DNA of 55,802 bases from a virus. The notes below the pieces were generated by a model. That model ran no database searches. It was not told the origin of the DNA and worked only from the letters and a program-made list of their open reading frames with translations. Positions 8,763-15,585 of the stretch are shown here, piece by piece. The translations under genes were made by a program, and so were the position numbers. The stretch spans positions 1-55,802 of the IMG/VR virus record IMGVR_UViG_3300038393_001290; one strand, given 5' to 3'. The stretch's first letter is position 1; every line of letters begins with the position of its first letter.

Positions 8763-9337
8763 GCTTCATCCTGAAGCTGCTGTTGGGCGTCCAGTCGTAC
8801 CTCACGACGTGGCGATTCAACCCAATCGACAAGAACACTGACGTCACGCTCTCGGCCGACCATCGGACGATCTCGCTCAGCGTCTCCAGCTCCTTCCCGC
8901 TCGGTGCGCGCGCCAACGGCTATCCGGTGACTCCAGGCAAATGGTACGTCGAGATGACGGCTGTGGCCGTTGCCGGGGCCACGGATAGCGTTGGGGTCGG
9001 CGACCTCACTCAATCGACCGGGATCACCGTGGGGTCGGGCGCTGGCAGCTGCGGTTACAGTGCGGACGGAAGTATCCTGCTCAATGGAAGCTCCGTCGCA
9101 ACCTATGCGACCTTCACGACCGGGGATGTGATCAGCTTCGCAATCAACGCGACTTTGAACAAGATCTGGTTCGCCAAGAACGGCGTCTGGCAGAGCGGCA
9201 ATCCCGCCACGGGAACTGGCGGGATCAGCCTCACGGCCTTGACCTACTATCCGATGGCCGTGATGAACACCGGCGGCTCATGGTCCATTCCGCTGACGCC
9301 GACTTATCCCGCGCCCGGCGGCTTCACTGTCCGATAG
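8759..9337 (+). CDS. SPRY/B30.2 (concanavalin-like) domain protein
   Basis: GKWYVEMTAV...VGVGD...GYSADGSILLNG...GDVISFAIN...IWFAKNGVW; ATGA overlap with the upstream stop. Confidence 0.65.
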   Translation: MSFILKLLLGVQSYLTTWRFNPIDKNTDVTLSADHRTISLSVSSSFPLGARANGYPVTPGKWYVEMTAVAVAGATDSVGVGDLTQSTGITVGSGAGSCGYSADGSILLNGSSVATYATFTTGDVISFAINATLNKIWFAKNGVWQSGNPATGTGGISLTALTYYPMAVMNTGGSWSIPLTPTYPAPGGFTVR

Positions 9338-10034
9338 CTGCGCTGATCTCGGCGAACGGCGGGAGCTCGCCATGCTTGCGGATCGCAACCAGGGTGCTGG
9401 TGATCTGCTCGATGGTAACGGTCCCATAAATCGCGGTGGCCGCGACGAGTTCGTGGATCATCTGCGATAGCGGGATGCCGCCGTCCTTCAGCGAGGCCGC
9501 CGGGTGGAAATCCGGCCAGTAGGACCAACCCCAGTCCTCAATCACATAGATTCCGCCGACTGCGAGCCGTGGAAAGAGGATATCGAAGCAGCGCGTCGTG
9601 TAGCCGTAGTTGTGCGAGGCGTCGTCTATGATGAGGTCCGCCGGTCGATCTCCGAAGGCGCGCAGGACGATCTCGGGCAGCTTGGCCGGGTCGTCCTGCG
9701 AGACGCCGAAATGAAGGCGCATCCGCGTGGTGTAGCCGAGCCGGTCGATGTGGTGGCCGATGGCCGGATTTCCGCGCGCCCAGTCTATGCCGAGGATGGC
9801 GGCGCTTGGGAACATATCCGCCAACATGAGCGCCGATCCGCCCTGATGGACACCGACCTCGATGATCCGGTGCGGGTCAGGGCAGAGGCGTGCATATTCG
9901 CGGACGAGCGAGCCGGGCTTCAGAATGACGATCTCGTTTTCAGTCGTCTTGTGCGCGGCGAAGTCGCTCGTGACATAGCGCACCGGAACGCCTCCGAGGA
10001 AGCCTTCTGCGTCCATATCTCGCGCTTGCTGCAT
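9324..10034 (-). CDS. Class I SAM-dependent methyltransferase (CmcI / sugar O-methyltransferase-like)
   Basis: IIEVGVHQGGSALMLA (SAM motif I-like) and DLIIDDASHNYGYT...GGIYVIEDW; antisense to the surrounding late genes. Confidence 0.6.
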   Translation of the reverse strand: MQQARDMDAEGFLGGVPVRYVTSDFAAHKTTENEIVILKPGSLVREYARLCPDPHRIIEVGVHQGGSALMLADMFPSAAILGIDWARGNPAIGHHIDRLGYTTRMRLHFGVSQDDPAKLPEIVLRAFGDRPADLIIDDASHNYGYTTRCFDILFPRLAVGGIYVIEDWGWSYWPDFHPAASLKDGGIPLSQMIHELVAATAIYGTVTIEQITSTLVAIRKHGELPPFAEISAAIGQ

Positions 10035-10054
10035 GGCGGAGCCTTACCACAGCC

Positions 10055-10090
10055 GCGCCCGGCTGAGCAGTCCCGGCGCTGCCGCATCAT
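10055..10090 (+). promoter_or_regulatory. Late promoter-like element, copy 5
   Basis: GCGCCCGG-CTGAGC-16 nt-CATCAT; ATG 10097 lies 6 nt after the -10. Confidence 0.55.
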
Positions 10091-10096
10091 GGGCGC

Positions 10097-10450
10097 ATGG
10101 AGCAGTCCCAGTACCTCGCCCAAGCCCTGCAAGCCATGTCGCAGCCCAATGCGGCCCCGCAGTCTCCGACGTTCAACCCGCAAGGCATGGCGAACCTGGC
10201 CAAACAGGCACAAGCCTTCCATGCGGCCAATCCGGACGGCTCGTTCATCGGCCATCAGCTCATGCAGGCGGGTCGGAACGTGATGGGAGCGCCGGGGCGA
10301 GCGGTGGACGGGCTGGCGAACCTCGCGCAGTTGATCCCCGGCGTGGGTGGATCGCAGCCGTTCAACGCCGTGACCGCGGTTCCGCAACAGCAGGCTCCGA
10401 TGCAGCCGAACGGGCCGCTCACGCAGATGCCGCAGTTCCCGCAGTTCTGA
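10097..10450 (+). CDS. Hypothetical Q/P/A-rich 117-aa protein
   Basis: ORF with GC-rich third positions directly after promoter copy 5; no recognised domain. Confidence 0.5.
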   Translation: MEQSQYLAQALQAMSQPNAAPQSPTFNPQGMANLAKQAQAFHAANPDGSFIGHQLMQAGRNVMGAPGRAVDGLANLAQLIPGVGGSQPFNAVTAVPQQQAPMQPNGPLTQMPQFPQF

Positions 10451-10634
10451 GGCTGCGGGCGAGGACCCGACCGACAAACGCCAGTCCGTTTTTGCCCTCG
10501 CCCCTGCCAGCGATCAACCTGACAGCCCTCGCGGGTTTTAAGAGCCGCCTACGGCCATAGCGGAAGCGCCTTGGCGTGCACGCCGCAGCAAGAAAATCAT
10601 AGCGAATTCGGCAGGAAATGCTAGAGTAAATCTC

Positions 10635-10955
10635 ATGTGCATCGGCTGTTATGAAGACTACGAACTGCCGCGCATCGTTACGCCGGAAGTCGTCGCTATG
10701 TCTGAGCGGATCAAGAGCGCCAATCCATTCGGCGGCTTACACATCGTGGTCGAAGATTGGAACCTAGAAGATCTTGACATCGAGTTCTGCCGCGATAGCG
10801 ACGACGCAACCAACGAAGAGCGTCAATTGGCGTCGGACTTGCTCGCGATGACGCTTGAGCAACGCGCTTCCGCGATGGCCTTGGCAGACGGCTACCTGCT
10901 GCCGAACGGCGAGTTTTCCGAGTTCGTCAAGGACGCGCTGACACCGGCCGATTAG
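10635..10955 (+). CDS. Hypothetical acidic 106-aa protein (visibly lower GC than its neighbours)
   Basis: D/E-rich (HIVVEDWNLEDLDIEFCRDSDDATNEE); TAGAGT hexamer lies 7 nt upstream of the ATG; preceded by a 184-nt non-coding stretch. Confidence 0.6.
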   Translation: MCIGCYEDYELPRIVTPEVVAMSERIKSANPFGGLHIVVEDWNLEDLDIEFCRDSDDATNEERQLASDLLAMTLEQRASAMALADGYLLPNGEFSEFVKDALTPAD

Positions 10956-10990
10956 CGCTTCGCTGAGAACCCCCCGCTCTCCGCCAAACT
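10955..10990 (+). promoter_or_regulatory. Late promoter-like element, copy 6 (head assembly operon)
   Basis: GCGCTTCG-CTGAGA-16 nt-CAAACT; leader with AGGAGAG SD before TTG 11013. Confidence 0.6.
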
Positions 10991-11012
10991 ACACGGCAGG
11001 AGAGCTATTACG

Positions 11013-11321
11013 TTGGCGCGATCCCGTTACTGCCGTGTCTGCCATGAGTTCCACGACCTCACCGAGGCGTGGCCTTCAGCGTGCTACGGCCATTTCGGGA
11101 TCAGGGGAGAGGAAGCCCGGTTCTACGTGATCTCGGACAGTATGGACCCCATCGTCTCCATGGCGACGGGCCGCCCGCACGATTCCAAGAGCGCGTACCG
11201 AAAAGAACTTCGGGCTCTCGGCTGCTACGAGGTCGGCAACGACCGCCTAGACAGACGACCCGTCCAAGCCCCGCCCGTCCGCGACACTCTCCGCCAGGTC
11301 GTCCAGCAACTGAAGGGCTGA
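11013..11321 (+). CDS. Hypothetical 102-aa protein (TTG start)
   Basis: TTG lies 8 nt after AGGAGAG; Cys/His-containing N-terminus (CRVCHEFH...C..H); sits just upstream of the scaffold gene. Confidence 0.55.
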   Translation: MARSRYCRVCHEFHDLTEAWPSACYGHFGIRGEEARFYVISDSMDPIVSMATGRPHDSKSAYRKELRALGCYEVGNDRLDRRPVQAPPVRDTLRQVVQQLKG

Positions 11322-11331
11322 CGGAGAGAGC

Positions 11332-12510
11332 ATGGATCTTCGCGAACAACTCAAGGCGGCGATGAGTGGGGAGGTGAACGCCCCCGAACCGAACGAGGCC
11401 ATCACTCCGGCCGAGGGCGCGGAAGCCGCCGCCCCGCCGGTCAGCGAGGCCCCGGAAAGCCAAACCGAGGCCAAAGCCCCGGAGACCGACACCAAGGCCC
11501 TGGAGCGCGACGAAAGCGGGCGCTTCAAGGCCAAAAACACCGAGGCCCAAGCTGGCGCGGAGACCGCGACGCCTGAGCCTCCGAAAGAACCCGAGTCCGC
11601 GAAGCCGGAGGAAAAGGGACCTCAAACCGAGGCGACCCGCATTCCCCCGTCTCTGCCCGCAGCCGTGAAAGCGCAATGGGCGGACCTCAAGCCGGAAGTC
11701 CAACAGGCCTTCTCCAAGCTCGAGGAAACCGTCCAGACCGCCAAGGCCGAGTGGGGCAAGAAAGGCGAGCGGCTCAACCGCTATGACGAGATCGTGGGTC
11801 CGCATCTGGACCGATGGCGCATGGCCGGCTTGGACGAGTTCGCAGGGGTTCAGACGCTTATTGCGGCGCAGAACATCCTCGAACGCAACCCGGTTGATGG
11901 CCTGGTCCACATCGCCCGATCCTATGGCGTTCACCCGCAGCAGCTGGCCCAGGCTTTCGGCCTGACGCAGGCGAACGGAGCCCAGCCGGGCGCGGAGGGC
12001 CAACCAGCCCCGACCGCCGCACCGGACCTGACGCCCGTCCTGCAACCCGTTCTGCAGCAGGTCCAGACCCTACAGCAGCAACTGCAACAGCTCCGCCAGG
12101 GCTCCGAGCACGAAAAGCTCACCCAGGCGCAGGCCGAAGTCACCGCGTTCGCCAACGATCCCGCCAACCTCTACTTCGAGAACGTCCGACCAGTCGTCGC
12201 GAAGCTACTGGAGACGGGGCAGGCAAGCACGCTGAAGGACGCCTACGAACAAGCGATCTGGGCCTCGCCCGAGATCCGCCCGCTCCTCCTCGCGGCTCAA
12301 ACCGCGGAAGCAGCGAGGGCGGCTCAGGCCGAGACCACCCGGAAAGCCCAGGAGCAAGAGCAGCGGGCCAAGGCGCAAGCCGCAGCCAAAGCCGCAGGGT
12401 CTGTCACCGGAGCCCCCGCACCCGGCGCCACCGCGCCAGGACCGGGCTCCACCGGCAACCTGCGCGAAGACCTCCTGGCGGCCAAACGGCTCTCTGAGTC
12501 CAGGGCGTAA
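11332..12510 (+). CDS. Scaffolding protein (putative)
   Basis: 392 aa, A/E/Q/P-rich and helical-looking, immediately upstream of the capsid gene. Confidence 0.6.
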   Translation: MDLREQLKAAMSGEVNAPEPNEAITPAEGAEAAAPPVSEAPESQTEAKAPETDTKALERDESGRFKAKNTEAQAGAETATPEPPKEPESAKPEEKGPQTEATRIPPSLPAAVKAQWADLKPEVQQAFSKLEETVQTAKAEWGKKGERLNRYDEIVGPHLDRWRMAGLDEFAGVQTLIAAQNILERNPVDGLVHIARSYGVHPQQLAQAFGLTQANGAQPGAEGQPAPTAAPDLTPVLQPVLQQVQTLQQQLQQLRQGSEHEKLTQAQAEVTAFANDPANLYFENVRPVVAKLLETGQASTLKDAYEQAIWASPEIRPLLLAAQTAEAARAAQAETTRKAQEQEQRAKAQAAAKAAGSVTGAPAPGATAPGPGSTGNLREDLLAAKRLSESRA

Positions 12511-12557
12511 TCGCGCGCAACCACCCGACCCCGAGTGGGCGGGTAGGAGCGTGACAG

Positions 12558-13366
12558 ATGGCCTCTCCCGGCCTTTCCGAAATCGTCACGACCACGCTGC
12601 GCAACCGTAGCGGCGTGATCGCTGACAACATGAGCAAGAACAACGCGCTGTTGTTCCGGCTCAACAAGCGTGGTCGCGTCAAACCGCTTTCGGGCGGTCG
12701 GACGATCGTGCGCGAGCTGAGCTACGCCGAGAACTCGACGTTCCAGCGTTACTCGGGCTACGAGATCCTGAACACTTCGCCCAGCGACGTGATCAGCGCG
12801 GCCGAGTTCAACTGGAAGCAAGCTTCCGTCGCCGTCACCATGTCGGGTCTGGAGCAATACCAGAACTCCGGCGAAGACGCTCTGCTGGACCTCCTCGAAG
12901 CCCGCATCGACGTGGCCGAGAAGACCATGCAGAACAACCTGTCGTCCGACATGTACTCGGACGGCACGGCGTCGAGCGGCAAGCAGATCGGCGGCCTTCA
13001 GCTCCTCGTGGCTGACGACCCGACGACCGGCACTGTCGGCGGCATCAACCGGGCCACCTACACCTTCTGGCGCAACCAGAAGTACCAGGCGACCTCGGAT
13101 GGCGGCTCGGCGGCTTCTGCGACCAACATCCAGAAGTACATGAACGCGCTGTATCAGAAGTGCACGCGTCAGACCGACCGTCCGGACCTGATCGTCGCGG
13201 ATACGAACTACTACAACTTCTACCTGAACAGCCTGCAAGCTATCCAGCGGATCACCTCCGACGAGATGGCTCAGGCCGGCTTCCAGTCGCTCAAGTACAT
13301 GGGCGCGGATGTGGTGTTCGACGGCGGGGTGGGCGGCGCTTGCCCGTCCAACCACCTCTACATGCT
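12558..13366 (+). CDS. Major capsid protein, exon 1 (codons 1-269 plus 2 nt)
   Basis: Position after the scaffold gene. The uninterrupted ORF runs 10 more codons into the insert and stops (…HLYMLKDSANHTVH*); joining to 14132 restores a 323-aa ORF. Confidence 0.75.
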
Positions 13367-14131
13367 TAAGGACTCTGCGAACCACACGGTTCACTGAGTC
13401 AGGGCCAGCTAAGGACTAGAGAGAGAACCGCACGTGTTTCAGCTCAGTGATACGACGAGCAAGGTCTTCGCGGTAAGCGAAGATTTCGTCGCGCTGCGGG
13501 TGGACCGCGTGATGGCAACCGAGCTTGTGCTTCCATTCGTCAATGGATCTCTGGAGTTCCAGCGCAAGTTCGGCCTCATCTCGTTTGACGACCAAGTACG
13601 GAACAACGCGACGAAGGAAAGCGGCGGCCTTCTGGCTGGCGCAGTACCAGAGGAATTGGTCGCGGTGCTTCGGATTGCGCCGGCTGTGCGGGTTGACATT
13701 GAGCGACCCGCCGTAGGTGTTGTGCAGGCTCCGGATAACGGGCGCGTGCGACATGCCGATGGCGAGAAGGATTTGGTAGCGCGTGTGGATGCTGTTGGGC
13801 TTGGCCCACTTGCTGACGCGCACCCAGCCCTCTCCATCGAACAGGCCGGCGGCGTAGCGGTCGTCAAGCGTGATGGTCACTCTCTGAGCCTTAGGCTGAA
13901 TGCTGGTGAATTCGGTGGAAGCCCCATGCCCGGCTCGAAAGAGCGCGGAAGGGTAACGCCGAGCCAAGCAGGCGACCGTGACGGGTCGCCGGGCGTGTGT
14001 AACGAGCAGGGACCAGCCCCGAAAGGGAAGGCGTGCTCTGAACTCCGTAGGAATACGGAGAGGTCGGCAGAAATGACCGGCCCGGCGCAGCAAGTATCAT
14101 TCGATGATTCTACTGCGCAGGTAACAGATTG
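13367..14131 (+). mobile_element. Intervening sequence in the capsid gene; group I intron-like, with an antisense homing-endonuclease gene
   Basis: Exon ends in U and the insert ends in G. There are multiple perfect hairpins (13371-13400, 13932-13965, 13971-13990, 14043-14060 with a GGAA loop, 14085-14118). Stem 13409-13423/13880-13894 encloses the endonuclease ORF. Confidence 0.6.
13416..13880 (-). CDS. LAGLIDADG homing endonuclease (single-motif, 154 aa, GTG start)
   Basis: YAAGLFDGEGWVRVSKW... LAGLIDADG motif near the N-terminus; size and PYLVVKRDEAELALEL region fit I-CreI-type enzymes; AAGG precedes GTG 13880. Confidence 0.8.
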   Translation of the reverse strand: MTITLDDRYAAGLFDGEGWVRVSKWAKPNSIHTRYQILLAIGMSHAPVIRSLHNTYGGSLNVNPHSRRNPKHRDQFLWYCASQKAAAFLRRVVPYLVVKRDEAELALELQRSIDEWKHKLGCHHAVHPQRDEIFAYREDLARRITELKHVRFSL

Positions 14132-14294
14132 CAACACCGACTACATCTTCTGGCAGCCCCATCGGGACCGCAACATGGTCCCGCTGGATCGGGTCAACTC
14201 GATCAACCAGGACGCCTTGGTCCAGCTCATCATCTGGATGGGCAACATGACCGTCAGCAACGCTCAGCTGCAGGGCGTCCTCTTCCAGACCTAA
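14132..14294 (+). CDS. Major capsid protein, exon 2 (last 54 codons)
   Basis: (L)NTDYIFWQPHRDRNMVPLDRVNSINQDALVQLIIWMGNMTVSNAQLQGVLFQT has no start codon or SD of its own and is in frame with exon 1 after removal of 765 nt. Confidence 0.7.
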
Positions 14295-14304
14295 CCGGCC
14301 TGGG

Positions 14305-14337
14305 GCTCCGGGGCCTTCGGGCCTCGGGGCTTGTTTC
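14305..14337 (+). terminator. Intrinsic terminator after the capsid gene
   Basis: 11-bp GC-rich stem (GCTCCGGGGCC/GGCCTCGGGGC) with TTCG loop, followed by TTGTTTC. Confidence 0.6.
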
Positions 14338-14360
14338 AACCCCTATGGAGTGATGCCATC

Positions 14361-14651
14361 ATGGCTGCTTCTACCACGGTCTTTTCGACCACTCCGCTCG
14401 TGGGGCTCGCCCTGGGAGCCACCGGGACCTCGACGCCTGCCGTCGCGGCCCTGACCCGGTGCGCCGGCAACGATGGCCGGACGTACATTTACGGTAAGGC
14501 GTCCGAGGCCCTGACCTCGACCGCCACCTGCAAGATCGGTGCGGCGGGCTCTGTGTCCGACGACTCCGGTTCGGCTGGCTGGATTGCCAACGTGCCTGGC
14601 GGCCTCACGGCTGGCCAGTACGGCTGGTTCAAGCGCTCGTCGCTCGCCTAA
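14361..14651 (+). CDS. Hypothetical S/T/G-rich 96-aa protein after the capsid gene (possible decoration protein)
   Basis: ATG lies 10 nt after GGAG; MAASTTVFSTTPLVGLALGATGTSTP...; position suggests a head accessory role. Confidence 0.55.
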   Translation: MAASTTVFSTTPLVGLALGATGTSTPAVAALTRCAGNDGRTYIYGKASEALTSTATCKIGAAGSVSDDSGSAGWIANVPGGLTAGQYGWFKRSSLA

Positions 14652-14677
14652 CCGCGACCAGTACCAAGCGTAGGGGA

Positions 14678-14709
14678 GGGGGCGGTCTTTCGGGGCCGTC
14701 CCCTTCTTC
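14678..14709 (+). terminator. Intrinsic terminator
   Basis: GGGGGCGG/CCGTCCCC stem (one G-U pair), 10-nt loop, then TTCTTCA; immediately followed by promoter copy 7. Confidence 0.5.
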
Positions 14710-14713
14710 ATGC

Positions 14714-14749
14714 GCGCTCCACTGAGAAGGGGTCTGGCGGTCGCACGAT
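14714..14749 (+). promoter_or_regulatory. Late promoter-like element, copy 7
   Basis: GCGCTCCA-CTGAGA-16 nt-CACGAT; leader with GGGGAGG SD before ATG 14781. Confidence 0.6.
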
Positions 14750-14780
14750 GCTGTCTCAGCCTGGGGAGGCGAGAGAGAGC

Positions 14781-14966
14781 ATGAGCCAGTTTCCCGACTA
14801 CGCGGCGAACGCCGAAAGCGCGGCCGAGGCGCGCCAGATCATCAACCGATGCTTCGCCGATCCCGGCAGCGACGACGCCCATTGGGCGCGAGCTGCGGCG
14901 GCGGTCGCGATCCATGGCGGCGCGACGCTCGAGGAGGCGGTGGCGGCCGCCGTGGGTGGCGAATGA
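14781..14966 (+). CDS. Hypothetical 61-aa protein
   Basis: ATG preceded by GGGGAGGCGAGAGAGAG; stop overlaps the next start. Confidence 0.5.
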   Translation: MSQFPDYAANAESAAEARQIINRCFADPGSDDAHWARAAAAVAIHGGATLEEAVAAAVGGE

Positions 14967-15388
14967 GCGCCCCCGTCCGAATGGTCATCAAAGAGCCGAC
15001 CTTCCGCATGGTCCCGGCTCTCGACCAGTACAAGCTCAACGCCCACGGCCGGCTGGCGTGGCTGCACCGCCTGCTTTGGCGAGCCCTGGCCAAGATGGGC
15101 GCGCTGAAAAGCGGCATCGAGGAAAAGGTCACGTACAAGACCTACACCATCGACGCTGACCGCGTGATTGAGCGGGTGATGGAGGCGCAAGGCCGACTGT
15201 ATCGCGCCACCGGGCCCGGGCCTCGGAAAATCCTGATCGGCCCCGCCGAGGTGGCCGAACTGATGCAGGACGCAAGCCTGCAGGACTTCTCCTACGCGCC
15301 CGATCCGGTGCGGTTCGAGGGGCAACGTCAGTTCCGCGGAATGACTGTCGAGATCATCCCGCACATGCAAGGGGTGTTGGTACGGTGA
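14963..15388 (+). CDS. Hypothetical 141-aa protein
   Basis: ATGA overlap upstream and GTGA overlap downstream; no recognised domain. Confidence 0.6.
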   Translation: MSAPVRMVIKEPTFRMVPALDQYKLNAHGRLAWLHRLLWRALAKMGALKSGIEEKVTYKTYTIDADRVIERVMEAQGRLYRATGPGPRKILIGPAEVAELMQDASLQDFSYAPDPVRFEGQRQFRGMTVEIIPHMQGVLVR

Positions 15389-15585
15389 GCCGCTACGTCC
15401 TGAGGCACGCGGAGAGCCGCCGCTACCTGCACGCAAGCACACAGCGGCGCAAACCCCTCCTCACGGAGGAGTTGGAGGAGGCCAAGGTCTTTCAGGCCAC
15501 TCGCCCCTATGTCTCGGGGCTGGGGAGGGGGCTTGACGGCTTCGAATGGGTGGCCGTGCGGCTGGTGCTTGGCGAGGCGGTCTGA
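15385..15585 (+). CDS. Hypothetical 66-aa protein (GTG start)
   Basis: Translationally coupled at both ends. Confidence 0.5.
   Translation: MSRYVLRHAESRRYLHASTQRRKPLLTEELEEAKVFQATRPYVSGLGRGLDGFEWVAVRLVLGEAV

Noticed and set aside
11101-13394. Long minus-strand ORFs 11101-12045 and 12324-13394
   Set aside because: They are antisense to the scaffold and capsid genes, have R/G/A/P-rich low-complexity translations and no motifs. This is a typical high-GC antisense artefact.
13367-14131. Intein interrupting the capsid protein
   Set aside because: The insert has in-frame stop codons (first at 13395-13397), and the endonuclease is on the opposite strand. An intein must be a continuous in-frame fusion.
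13434-14294. 286-aa plus-strand ORF listed in the track as one protein
   Set aside because: Its first roughly 230 codons are merely the antisense of the LAGLIDADG gene plus structured insert sequence. They have no protein-like features. Only the last 54 codons look like coding sequence (capsid C-terminus).
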